NCBI GenBank assembly: GCA_964425075.1
Contig: CAYRKM010000001.1
Location: 395,060 to 459,059 of the forward strand
Direction of reading: 5' to 3'
Length of the DNA stretch: 64,000 bases
DNA from: an uncultured Gammaproteobacteria bacterium
Lineage (GTDB): Bacteria > Patescibacteriota > Microgenomatia > Levybacterales > GWA1-39-11
Shown: positions 34,592 through 44,276 of the stretch, in pieces
Position numbering within the stretch: position 1 is the first letter of the stretch
Layout: each line of letters starts with the position of its first letter
Translations under genes and position numbers: made by a program
The notes under the pieces: generated by a model
What the model was told of the DNA's origin: nothing
What the model saw: the letters and a program-made list of their open reading frames with translations, nothing else
The model's database searches: none

Positions 34592-36274
34592 ATGATGGAA
34601 CAAATGGAAAATTCTTCTAATTCGGTTTCGATAGTTCCCATCGGCGGCATAGGTACAGTTACAAAGAATATGTACCTTTATATTTATGGCAATGAGATTC
34701 TTATTGTGGATTGTGGAATGGGTTTTCCAGATCCCTCAACTCCGGGTGTCGACTTTCTGGTTCCCGATATTTCTTATCTAAAAAAACTAACCGCTGAAGG
34801 TAAGAAGAAAATTGTTGGACTTCTTTTAACTCACGGACATGAGGATCATATTGGCGGAGTGCCTTTTGTTCTTGATCAATTGCCTCAATTTCCAATTTAT
34901 GCAACACCGCTCACTGCAGCATTCGTAAATGAAAAACTTAAAGATTTTGGGCTTAATCAGAGGGCAAAGGATGTTGAATTTAAGAAGGATATGAAGATTG
35001 GCAGCTTTACTGTTCGCTTCCTTCACATTACTCATTCGGTTCTTGATACCTCTAATATTTTTATAAAAACCCCGGCGGGTAACTTTTATCACGGGAGTGA
35101 TTATAAATTTGATCTCACACCAGTTGATGGACATTTATCAGATCTTCATGGTATTGCTGGCACAGCCCAAGAAGGAGTTTTGTGCATGCTATCAGATTGT
35201 CTTGGAGCAGAGCGTCAAGGGCATTCTGAATCAGAAAGCAAGATAACTGATAGTTTCGAAAAAGAATTTAGGAGAAGTAAAGGAAAAATATTTATTTCAA
35301 CTTATTCTTCAAATATTTCAAGAATGAATCAAGCAATTGAGGTGGCATTAAAGTTTAACCGCAAGATTTGTTTTATGGGGCGTTCATTCACAAAATCTCG
35401 GGATGTTGGAAAACAGCTTTCATACATGAAATATCCGCCCAACTCAGAGATAAAACCACCTCAAGTAAAAAGTATGGATCCTTCAAAAGTTATGATATTA
35501 ATTCCCGGCAATCAAGGCCAAGAAACTTCAGCTATGGTTCGTGTTGCTTCGGATAATGATCGTGATATTAAAATTGATAGAAATGACACGGTTATTTTTT
35601 CTTCTGATCCGATTCCAGGAAATGAATTAAATGTTTATAACCTCATTGATACTATAGCCAAAAAAGGAGCACGCATTGTGCATTCTGACACAAATCCTGA
35701 TTTTCATGTTTCGGGGCATGGTTCCCAAAACGACATAAAGCTGCTTGCTTCCCTAACGACTCCAAAATTTACACTTCCAATTGGTGGAACCTATCGTCAC
35801 ATGGTGGCGTTTAAAGAATTGATGCGGGAGATGGGTTATCAGGATAACAATATTATTTTGCCTGAAAATGGGCAGGAAATTGTGTTTACAGGAGGAAGTT
35901 ACAAGTTTGGAATCAAGGTTCCATTATCTACTGTGTATGTTGATCAGATAACTGGTGAGGAGATGGAGAAATTTGTACTTATGGATAGGCAAAAAATTGC
36001 AAAGGAGGGAATAATGATAATTATTGCCGAAGTTGAAACAGAAAGTGGAAGAATTGTAGGCACGCCCGATATTCTTTCTCGTGGATTTGTTTTTCCTGAA
36101 AAAGACCAATTTGCCAAAAAACTAGCAGAGCAATTAGTGAAAGATATGGGCGAGAAAAGTGCAAAAGCTACTCATTTTGGATACTATAGAAAAATCATAC
36201 AGCAAAATGCCGAAGGGCTTTTATATAGAATGAAGCGAGAGCCATTAGTAATACCTGTCATTGTTGAAGTTTAG
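34592..36274 (+). CDS. rnj: Ribonuclease J (metallo-beta-lactamase/beta-CASP)
   Basis: HGHEDHIGG motif, beta-CASP region and C-terminal domain. Confidence 0.85.
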   Translation: MMEQMENSSNSVSIVPIGGIGTVTKNMYLYIYGNEILIVDCGMGFPDPSTPGVDFLVPDISYLKKLTAEGKKKIVGLLLTHGHEDHIGGVPFVLDQLPQFPIYATPLTAAFVNEKLKDFGLNQRAKDVEFKKDMKIGSFTVRFLHITHSVLDTSNIFIKTPAGNFYHGSDYKFDLTPVDGHLSDLHGIAGTAQEGVLCMLSDCLGAERQGHSESESKITDSFEKEFRRSKGKIFISTYSSNISRMNQAIEVALKFNRKICFMGRSFTKSRDVGKQLSYMKYPPNSEIKPPQVKSMDPSKVMILIPGNQGQETSAMVRVASDNDRDIKIDRNDTVIFSSDPIPGNELNVYNLIDTIAKKGARIVHSDTNPDFHVSGHGSQNDIKLLASLTTPKFTLPIGGTYRHMVAFKELMREMGYQDNNIILPENGQEIVFTGGSYKFGIKVPLSTVYVDQITGEEMEKFVLMDRQKIAKEGIMIIIAEVETESGRIVGTPDILSRGFVFPEKDQFAKKLAEQLVKDMGEKSAKATHFGYYRKIIQQNAEGLLYRMKREPLVIPVIVEV

Positions 36275-37218
36275 TATTCTCTTCCCTCATAGATCTCTTT
36301 TTTTACGAATTCATATAGTTTGGCTGCTTTTTCCTGGCCAATAAATTCGACATACCCTTCCAAAAACTCTTCTCTACCCCTAGTAAACTGTTCACCAGCA
36401 ACAGCTAGTAATTCTGTCAATTTGATTCCACCGTACATGATTCTTATTTGAGTGGATGAAGGTCTAGGTTTGTTTCTTGTTTGTGTTAGTTCAAAACCCG
36501 AAGAACTTTCTTGTTGAGCAACATATTGATTTAGTTTCTCAGTTTTAAAAATAGACTGAAGTTGTCTTTCGTCTTCAATTTCTAAAACTTGCATTACTTC
36601 CCTTTCAAGACTATTTAATCGAGGGTCTATTGCGCGATGAACAAATTCATGGACAATATTTTGTTTTGCCTTGTCTTGTTCCAAAAAGGATTGTCCAAGT
36701 GATTTTTTATTAAAAAATATTAATCCACTAGAATTATCTGCGGACCTACAATAAAGTCCTCCTTTATTTTTCATTTGGGGAGTTCTTAGGTCCCAATCTG
36801 CCAAGGAAACAGCAAGCGGCAGAAGTCTTCCACTTGTTTCTCTTGGTTGATAAAAAAATGGAGGAAGCACATCAAGAGCTTTGGACAACGCTTTGATGCG
36901 AGGCGCATCCCAGTGGACCCTATGATTTTTTGTAAACTCTATGCTGTCATTTGTACTCGTAAAACTTAAATTTGTATCTGGAGATATTAATATTATTCCA
37001 TATTTGTTTTCAACTTCAGTTTTCATTTGATCAGCATCCATTCCAAAAGTGCCGGTTTCTAATCCTTCTACAAGACCTCTGCTAATAGAGGGTCTGTTGG
37101 TATGAGCATTTATAACATCTATTCCCGTAAGACCACCTACTATAATTCCTCCCACTGCGCTTAAAAAACGCCTTCTACTCATTGTTGATGTTGTGTATTT
37201 TGGGGCCTCTTCTGACAT
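36271..37218 (-). CDS. Tat-signal secreted HExxH zinc metallopeptidase-like protein
   Basis: Twin-arginine motif SRRRFLSAVGG followed by a hydrophobic region. HEFVH zinc-binding motif. Confidence 0.5.
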   Translation of the reverse strand: MSEEAPKYTTSTMSRRRFLSAVGGIIVGGLTGIDVINAHTNRPSISRGLVEGLETGTFGMDADQMKTEVENKYGIILISPDTNLSFTSTNDSIEFTKNHRVHWDAPRIKALSKALDVLPPFFYQPRETSGRLLPLAVSLADWDLRTPQMKNKGGLYCRSADNSSGLIFFNKKSLGQSFLEQDKAKQNIVHEFVHRAIDPRLNSLEREVMQVLEIEDERQLQSIFKTEKLNQYVAQQESSSGFELTQTRNKPRPSSTQIRIMYGGIKLTELLAVAGEQFTRGREEFLEGYVEFIGQEKAAKLYEFVKKEIYEGREY

Positions 37219-37296
37219 GGTGCGATTATACCATGAGTATAAATGTGGTTAGTAATGGCTGTATAGATTTTGATATAATGATTGTTACTCTAAGAT

Positions 37297-39462
37297 ATGC
37301 CCAGAAGAAAGATAAAAAAACGCGGCTCATACAAGCGACGCAGCAAGGGACTAAAACTTAAGAAAGGTACAGTTTATACTTTGTCAGCAGTTAGTCTTGT
37401 TTTCCTTGCACTTGCATCTCTTGCTTCATATACACAAAGTGGGGTTGCCCTTACAACCTTTAATGAATACCTGATTGATTTTTTTGGATTTTTCTCATTT
37501 CTTATTCCAATAAATCTAATCTTATTTGCCTTATTTATTTCAAAAATAAAAAGCGCAATTTCTCAACCAAATATTGCAATCGGTTTTTTTGTTTTTACAC
37601 TCTCAATCCTTGGATTGTTCCAAAGTGGGATGGTAGGGCATGATTTATTTTTCTATACAAGTTCTATAATGGGTTCTATCCTTACGATATTGGCATTTGC
37701 TTTGGGTGCATTTGTTGGATTTGTTGTTTGTCTCAATCTTTCTTTTGCAGAAATTGGAACATTTATATTTGAGCAAGGAAAAGGAGCAGCGTCAGGTATT
37801 GGAAAAGGTGTGGTTCCTCTTCTTAAAACAAAAGACAAGTTTGCAACAGGAATGCAGCAAGTTGCAATAAAAGGACTTGATGACGACGTAAAAATTTCTG
37901 ATGGGAAGGTTGAAAAAGTAGCGACATCAGCTGCTCAGTCAGCTGCAACATTAGCGCCGCTTAAAAAAGGTATGCTTCCTGAAGAAATGATTCTTAACAA
38001 GCCACTAGAGATGGGAATGTGGGAATATCCTCCGTACTCACTTTTAAATGAAGTTAAAGAAAAGAAAAGAGATACAGGGGATGTTAAAAGAATTGCTGCA
38101 ACAATTGAAAGCACTCTTCAAAGTTTTGGAGTTAAGGCACAGGTTTCAGAAATAAACGTAGGTCCATCTGTTACCCAATACGCTATTCGTATTCCATTAG
38201 GTACAAAACTTACCAAAATTACAACTCTTGCAAATGATTTAGCATTAGCAACCGAGGCCCCAACTGGTCAAATTAGAATAGAAGCTCCAATTCCTGGTAG
38301 AAATTTGGTAGGAATTGAAATACCAAATAGAGCTCTTGAAATGGTATCACTACGAACCATGCTTGAATCAAAGGCAATGCAAAACGTAAAATCCAAACTT
38401 GCAGTGCCATTAGGGCTTAATGTTTCTGGAGAGCCGGTTGTAGCAGATATCTCCAAAATGCCCCACGTTCTAATTGCAGGTACCACTGGGTCTGGAAAAT
38501 CAGTTATGGTAAATGCAATTATTGCCTCCATTTTATTTCGGGCGTCTCCTTCCGAAGTAAAATTTATCATGATTGATCCAAAACGCGTTGAATTAACGGG
38601 CTATAACGACATACCGCATCTTCTATCCCCAGTTGTCGTTGAAGCAGAGCAATCAGTATCCGCACTAAAATGGGCACTCAAAGAAATGGATAGGAGATAT
38701 TCAAAATTTGCGGAAGCGGGTGTAAAGAATATAGACTCATACAATGAATTAGCGGGTTTTCAGGCAATTCCTTACATCATAATTGTGATGGATGAGTTGG
38801 CAGATCTTATGGCTCTTGCGCCTGTTGAGGTTGAGGATAGCATTGCCCGTCTTGCTCAGATGGCCAGAGCCACAGGGATTCATTTACTGCTTGCGACCCA
38901 GCGTCCATCGGTAGATGTTATTACAGGACTTATTAAGGCAAATATTCCATGTAGGATTGCATTTAATGTTTCATCTGGAATTGACTCTAAGGTTATTATT
39001 GATGGACCAGGAGCAGAGAAATTGTTAGGACGAGGAGATATGTTATTTGTGCCCCCTGATCAGGCAAAACCAACTCGTATTCAGGGGACATTTGTTTCAG
39101 ACCCTGACGTAAAAAGGCTTACTAATTTCATAAAATCTAAAGGAATTCCCGTAGAATACACTTCAGAAGTAGTAGAGCAAGCAGTTAACATCAAGGGACG
39201 CTCTAGCAGTATGCCAATGACAGGCGAAGGTGGTAGAGATGAGTTATTTGATCAAGCTGTAAAAGTTGTATGTCAGCATGATAGAGCATCAGCATCGCTT
39301 ATTCAAAGGAGACTTCAGGTAGGTTTTAATAGAGCAGCAAGACTTTTAGAACAACTTGAGGAAGCAGGAGTTGTGGGCCCGGCAGATGGCTCGAAACCTA
39401 GGGACGTATTGGTGAGAGATGCTGACAGTTTCTTAAATGGACCACCACCTGCCCAAGAATAA
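37297..39462 (+). CDS. ftsK: DNA translocase FtsK/SpoIIIE
   Basis: Four N-terminal TM helices. Walker A GTTGSGKSV. LLLATQRPS. C-terminal gamma (winged-helix) domain. Confidence 0.9.
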   Translation: MPRRKIKKRGSYKRRSKGLKLKKGTVYTLSAVSLVFLALASLASYTQSGVALTTFNEYLIDFFGFFSFLIPINLILFALFISKIKSAISQPNIAIGFFVFTLSILGLFQSGMVGHDLFFYTSSIMGSILTILAFALGAFVGFVVCLNLSFAEIGTFIFEQGKGAASGIGKGVVPLLKTKDKFATGMQQVAIKGLDDDVKISDGKVEKVATSAAQSAATLAPLKKGMLPEEMILNKPLEMGMWEYPPYSLLNEVKEKKRDTGDVKRIAATIESTLQSFGVKAQVSEINVGPSVTQYAIRIPLGTKLTKITTLANDLALATEAPTGQIRIEAPIPGRNLVGIEIPNRALEMVSLRTMLESKAMQNVKSKLAVPLGLNVSGEPVVADISKMPHVLIAGTTGSGKSVMVNAIIASILFRASPSEVKFIMIDPKRVELTGYNDIPHLLSPVVVEAEQSVSALKWALKEMDRRYSKFAEAGVKNIDSYNELAGFQAIPYIIIVMDELADLMALAPVEVEDSIARLAQMARATGIHLLLATQRPSVDVITGLIKANIPCRIAFNVSSGIDSKVIIDGPGAEKLLGRGDMLFVPPDQAKPTRIQGTFVSDPDVKRLTNFIKSKGIPVEYTSEVVEQAVNIKGRSSSMPMTGEGGRDELFDQAVKVVCQHDRASASLIQRRLQVGFNRAARLLEQLEEAGVVGPADGSKPRDVLVRDADSFLNGPPPAQE

Positions 39463-39468
39463 CCTTCT

Positions 39469-40095
39469 ATGCGAAAGATATCTGAAATGCTTCAGGATGC
39501 CAGAATTGAAAAAAACCTATCTATTGCAGATGTTGTAAAGGCTATTAGAGTAAAAAAAGAATTCTTGATAGCAATTGAAAATGGCTATTATCACGAACTG
39601 CCTTCTGAAAGCTATGCGCTAGGATTTGTGAAAAACTATGCCTCCTTTGTAGGAATTGATAAAGTAAAAGCTGCTGCACTTTTCAGGCGTGAATATGAGG
39701 GGCAACAGACAAAGCTCATACCTACATTTAAAAGCCAGGATAAAAAAATCAGGCGGAAATTATTTTTTTCACCTCGAAGTTTACTTATTTTTATAGGAAT
39801 ATTGCTTGTAATAGGATATATTTTATATCAGTACAGCTCATTCCTGTTCGGTCCGAAACTTCAGGTTGCAAAACCTACAGACAACCAAGTAGTAAATGAG
39901 AATATTGTAGAAGTTGAAGGGACTACTGATCCTTATGCTTCAATTTTAGTTAATAATGATGAAGTTTATGTGAAGCTTGATGGAACTTTTAAGAAAACAC
40001 TTTATCTTTTTGAGGGAAATAGGCAAATTACAGTCGTTGCCAAAAGTCGAAATGGTAAAGAAACAAGAAAAGTTGTGAATGTAATTGTAAGATAA
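39469..40095 (+). CDS. rodZ: RodZ-like protein (XRE HTH + TM + C-terminal domain)
   Basis: N-terminal HTH, single TM helix (LLIFIGILLVIGYILY) and C-terminal beta-rich domain. Confidence 0.55.
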   Translation: MRKISEMLQDARIEKNLSIADVVKAIRVKKEFLIAIENGYYHELPSESYALGFVKNYASFVGIDKVKAAALFRREYEGQQTKLIPTFKSQDKKIRRKLFFSPRSLLIFIGILLVIGYILYQYSSFLFGPKLQVAKPTDNQVVNENIVEVEGTTDPYASILVNNDEVYVKLDGTFKKTLYLFEGNRQITVVAKSRNGKETRKVVNVIVR

Positions 40096-40397
40096 TTTTC
40101 TCGTACTTTTCTGCCGAGAAAAGTACCAAAAGCTCTCGTCAATTGTCCCTCACGTATTCTTCAGTTTCACTTACTCGTTGAAAGAACCCGGTTCACTTCG
40201 TTCACTTCAGTTCTTTCTCCTTTGGATCACTCGTTCGTTTACTGACTCATATGTTCGGTACAAAATGACGAATAACTTAATCTTGTTTCAAGTGTAAAAA
40301 ATCTTCCTTAATTCTTAATTCATCATTCTTTATTCTATTTGAAGTACTTTGTTATATTGACTCTGAAATTTTCACGTGATAGGCTGAGATACTCATT

Positions 40398-40661
40398 ATG
40401 ATTGATACTGTCCAGGCTGTTTTATTATTTGTAATAGTTCTTCTTTCAATCCTTTTTGTTGTATTGGGTATTCAAGTATATTTTCTTTTAAAAGACCTTC
40501 GTCAAACGCTTTCAAGAACAAATAAAATTCTTGATGATGTCGAGGCCATAACTGCAGGAATCGCAGAACCAGTATCTTCACTTTCAGGATTTTTGAGTAA
40601 CGGGTCTGCCCTCGGGGTAGCTGCAAAGATATTCTCATTATTTACTAAGAGGAAAAAATAG
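40398..40661 (+). CDS. Small membrane protein (DUF948/YtxG-like)
   Basis: N-terminal TM helix followed by a helical tail. Paired with the YtxH-like gene. Confidence 0.4.
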   Translation: MIDTVQAVLLFVIVLLSILFVVLGIQVYFLLKDLRQTLSRTNKILDDVEAITAGIAEPVSSLSGFLSNGSALGVAAKIFSLFTKRKK

Positions 40662-40662
40662 T

Positions 40663-40959
40663 ATGCAAGAAAAAAACCACTCAAACGGATTTATGTTTGG
40701 TCTTTTATTGGGTGCTGCTGTTGGTGCTTTGGTGAGTACTAAAAAAGGAAGAGAAATTCTAAAAGATGTAGCAGACTATGGACTAGAATATGTAGGTAAT
40801 GTTATAAATTTAGATGATTTGGAAGGAGTGATGGAAGAAGAGGAAGAAATAATGGGTGGAGAGACTGAAGAGGCTGTTCCAAAGGAAAAAATTACAGTTG
40901 AAGAAGAGCCAAAAAAACCCCTGAGAAGAAGATTGTTTCGCGGAATCCGAAAGAAGTAG
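40663..40959 (+). CDS. YtxH-like small membrane protein
   Basis: GFMFGLLLGAAVGALVSTKKGREILKDV matches the YtxH motif. Confidence 0.5.
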   Translation: MQEKNHSNGFMFGLLLGAAVGALVSTKKGREILKDVADYGLEYVGNVINLDDLEGVMEEEEEIMGGETEEAVPKEKITVEEEPKKPLRRRLFRGIRKK

Positions 40960-41023
40960 TTGAAAGTTTATTATTCATGGTCTATAGTTTTATAAACTGC
41001 CCTCGGCAGTTTTTTTGTAGAAA

Positions 41024-41893
41024 ATGAATATCCACGAAGGAGAGCAAGATATGCAACAAATCGGACAAGAATTTGAAGTACGTACTCCCCAAAATTTTAT
41101 GGAGATGATTGAGAGGAAGTGGGGTGAAGGAAAGTACGTATGTGTAGGGTTAGATAGTGAGCTTGGAAGAATTCCCGAGTCAATGCAAGGGAGTGTTTCT
41201 GCATTTAATCATGAGATTATTGATGCTACTCACGATCTTGTAGCTGCTTATAAACCTAACTTTGCATTTTATGAAGCATTAGGGGCCAAGGGAATTGAGA
41301 TTCTTGTTGATACAGTTCAGTATATAAAGGAAGCGCATCCTGATATTCCTGTGATTCTCGATGCGAAAAGAGCCGATATTGGAAATACCAATAATGGTTC
41401 TGTTGAATTTGCCTTCAAAGAATGTGGTGCGGATGCGATTACAGTAAATCCTTATTTGGGAAGAGTAGCGTTAGAACCATTTTTGCAGCAAGCAAATAAA
41501 GGTATTATTGTTTTAGCACGTACCTCAAACGATGGTGCAGGAGAATTTCAGGATCTTATGATTGATGGGAGACCATTATATCTGCATGTGGCTGAACATG
41601 CTGTTAATGAGTGGAATGAAAATGGCAATATTGGGCTAGTGATGGGGGCAACAAGTCCTGAAGAATTAGGGCGAGTCAGGGATCTTTTTCCTGACGTACC
41701 TCTTTTGATTCCAGGAATTGGAGCACAAGGTGGGGATCCTGAAAAAGTGATACACGCGGCAAGGCATAGAATGCTTATAAATAATTCACGAGGTATAATT
41801 TTTGCCTCTGGAGGAAAAGATTTTGCCCAAGCAGCTCGACAAGCTACTCTTAATACGCAGGTTCAGATAGCTGCAGGGATGAGTTCATCATGA
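41024..41893 (+). CDS. pyrF: Orotidine 5'-phosphate decarboxylase (type 2)
   Basis: LDAKRADIGNT motif. Overlaps the start of pyrE-like gene (ATGA). Confidence 0.8.
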   Translation: MNIHEGEQDMQQIGQEFEVRTPQNFMEMIERKWGEGKYVCVGLDSELGRIPESMQGSVSAFNHEIIDATHDLVAAYKPNFAFYEALGAKGIEILVDTVQYIKEAHPDIPVILDAKRADIGNTNNGSVEFAFKECGADAITVNPYLGRVALEPFLQQANKGIIVLARTSNDGAGEFQDLMIDGRPLYLHVAEHAVNEWNENGNIGLVMGATSPEELGRVRDLFPDVPLLIPGIGAQGGDPEKVIHAARHRMLINNSRGIIFASGGKDFAQAARQATLNTQVQIAAGMSSS

Positions 41894-42567
41894 AGTTAAT
41901 GAATGCGCGAAAAGAATTAGAAAAAGCTGGATGTATATATAGTGCCCACTTTGTGGGTGTAAGTGGTAAACATCTAGCAGGATATTGCAATATCGATCCT
42001 CTTTTGCCTCACGTTTCATTAGTAAGCAAAATGATAAAACTTCTCGTAAGCGAGTTTGGAAATATAAAAATTGATACGGTTGCCTCTCCTGCGGTTGGTG
42101 CAATTCCGTTTTCTCATTGGGGTGCATATCACCTTTCAAAATTACAAAAAAAAGATGTTCTAGGGGTTTGGGCAGATAAGGTGAGTGGGGTAGAGAAAAA
42201 AGCTTTTGCTTTCGAAAGACAAGGTTTTACAGAGGCTGTAAAAGGGAAGAGGGTATTAATTTTAGAAGATATAATTAATCAAATGTTCTCAATTAAAGCA
42301 ACTATTGAAGCAGTTGAAAAAGCCGGAGGGAAAATTGTTGGTGTAGGTTCAATTGCTGCTAATAAGGGAGTAAGCGCAAAGGCAATGAATGTCAAAAAAT
42401 TCGTAAATTTATGCGATATATATTACGACACCTGGACTCCAGAGGAATGTGTAGAGATTGGGTTGTGTAGTAAAAATGTACCAATAGTTGAGGATATTGG
42501 GCATGGAGATGAATTTAAAAAGAAAAACCCTAAATATAAGGGTGGCTACGTAAAGCTTCTGAGTTGA
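41890..42567 (+). CDS. pyrE: Orotate phosphoribosyltransferase-like (type I PRTase fold; PRPP motif degenerate)
   Basis: Position downstream of pyrF. PRTase-like region reads VLILEDIINQMFSIKATI instead of VxxVDDVITTGGT. Confidence 0.45.
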   Translation: MKLMNARKELEKAGCIYSAHFVGVSGKHLAGYCNIDPLLPHVSLVSKMIKLLVSEFGNIKIDTVASPAVGAIPFSHWGAYHLSKLQKKDVLGVWADKVSGVEKKAFAFERQGFTEAVKGKRVLILEDIINQMFSIKATIEAVEKAGGKIVGVGSIAANKGVSAKAMNVKKFVNLCDIYYDTWTPEECVEIGLCSKNVPIVEDIGHGDEFKKKNPKYKGGYVKLLS

Positions 42568-42604
42568 GTTTGATTCTTTAAGAGCTTATAATTCTCATAC
42601 AAAT

Positions 42605-43543
42605 ATGAAAAAAATTGTTGTTATTGGAGGAGGAACGGGGGTCTTTACTGTCCTGACAGGACTTAAAGAATACGATTATGAGTTGTCTGCAATTGTGTCG
42701 ATGGCAGATGATGGAGGCTCCACTGGCGTTTTAAGAGAGGAATTTGGAACACTTCCGGCTGGGGATATCAGACGTGCATTAATTGCATTATCCGACTCTA
42801 ATGAAAAAGTACTATCCGATCTTTTTAATTATCGTTTTGGAGAAGCAACATCTCTAAAGGGGCACAGTTTGGGTAATCTTTTATTAACTGCACTTGAGAA
42901 AATCACAGGAAATTTTGCTTCCGCAGTAGATGAAGCAGTACGAATTTTAAATGTTAAGGGGAACGTAATTCCTGTAACTCTTTCAAATACTAAGCTTTAT
43001 GCAGAGCTTGAAAATGGAACAGTGGTTGAGGGAGAGTCTAATATTGACATACCAAAACACGATGGAAATATAAAAATAAAAAACGTATTTCTAAAACCAC
43101 AAGTTGCAGCAAATCCTAAGGCCGTCAAGGCAATAGAAGAGGCTGATGCAGTGATTTTGGGACCTGGAGATGTGTACACCTCAGTATTGCCAAACATTAT
43201 TATTCCAGGAATTGCAGAAGCAATTAAAAAAACTAAAGCAAAAGTTATTTATAACGTAAATATTATGACCAAATTTGGAGAAACAAATGACTTTAAGGCA
43301 TCTGACTTTATAAAAAAGATGGAGGAGTATTTAGGAGAAGGAGTTATTGATTATGTGACTGTAAATACCCAAAAGCCTAAGGGTGAGATTGTTGAGAGAT
43401 ATAAAAGAGAGCATGTGGAATTTGTTGAGGATGATTTGGGGAAAGATAAGCGAGTAGTGGAAGGTGACTTTTTGCGACGAGGGATGTTTTTGCGTCATGA
43501 CCCAGAGAAATTGGCACAAGGCTTATCAAAGATAATCAAGTAG
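42605..43543 (+). CDS. YvcK/CofD-family (UPF0052) protein
   Basis: KIVVIGGGTG ... AIVSMADDGGSTGVLREEFGTLPAGDIRRALIALS. Confidence 0.8.
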   Translation: MKKIVVIGGGTGVFTVLTGLKEYDYELSAIVSMADDGGSTGVLREEFGTLPAGDIRRALIALSDSNEKVLSDLFNYRFGEATSLKGHSLGNLLLTALEKITGNFASAVDEAVRILNVKGNVIPVTLSNTKLYAELENGTVVEGESNIDIPKHDGNIKIKNVFLKPQVAANPKAVKAIEEADAVILGPGDVYTSVLPNIIIPGIAEAIKKTKAKVIYNVNIMTKFGETNDFKASDFIKKMEEYLGEGVIDYVTVNTQKPKGEIVERYKREHVEFVEDDLGKDKRVVEGDFLRRGMFLRHDPEKLAQGLSKIIK

Positions 43544-43555
43544 CAAGCAAGTAGA

Positions 43556-44173
43556 ATGGAAAAAAAGAAAAGAGCAGGGGAGATCACCAAAGTTTTAAAA
43601 AAATTATTTCCCAACCCCACTACCCCACTTAATCACAGTAACCCTTGGGAATTATATGTTGCAGTAGCTCTTTCAGCGCAGCAAACGGATGTAGGGGTAA
43701 ATAAGGTCACAGAAAGTTTGTTTCAAAAATATAAAAAACTTGATGACTATAAAAATGCAACATTTGAAGAGTTTGATAGTGATATTAAAAGCATTAATTT
43801 TCACAAAGGAAAGGCAAAGGCAATCTTGGAGGCGGCAAAAATAGTTGCAGAGAAGTATAAAGGACAAATGCCGCAGACGATGGAAGAATTAGTTGCCCTA
43901 CCCTTCATCGGGAGAAAAACAGCGAATGTCATTTTGCAGGAAGCTTTTGGAAAAAGCGAGGGCATAGTAGTGGATACTCATGTAAAACGTTTGACCCGTT
44001 TGTTTGGCTTAACTCAAAATTCTGATCCGGTAAAAATTGAACGTGATCTTATGGAACTGGTTCCACAAAAAGACTGGCAGGAATTTGGTTTGGGTCTAAT
44101 TTATTATGGGCGTACGTATTGCGCTGCGCACTGTAAACATCTTGAATGTCCTTTGAAAAAGTATATCCATTAA
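43556..44173 (+). CDS. nth: Endonuclease III (HhH-GPD, 4Fe-4S)
   Basis: HhH-GPD motif. FeS cysteine cluster C-x6-C-x2-C-x5-C at the C-terminus. Confidence 0.85.
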   Translation: MEKKKRAGEITKVLKKLFPNPTTPLNHSNPWELYVAVALSAQQTDVGVNKVTESLFQKYKKLDDYKNATFEEFDSDIKSINFHKGKAKAILEAAKIVAEKYKGQMPQTMEELVALPFIGRKTANVILQEAFGKSEGIVVDTHVKRLTRLFGLTQNSDPVKIERDLMELVPQKDWQEFGLGLIYYGRTYCAAHCKHLECPLKKYIH

Positions 44174-44241
44174 CTTCTTTTTCTCTCTGAATTAAAATAT
44201 TGCTGGGGATTTATTATTGAAATACTAAAAAAAACATATTC

Positions 44242-44270
44242 TTGCTCTCTATTTCAACTTATAGTATAAT
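44242..44270 (+). promoter_or_regulatory. Sigma70-like promoter producing a leaderless mRNA
   Basis: TTGCTC(17)TATAAT. The ATG of 44277 lies 6 nt after the -10. No SD. Confidence 0.5.
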
Positions 44271-44276
44271 GCACGC

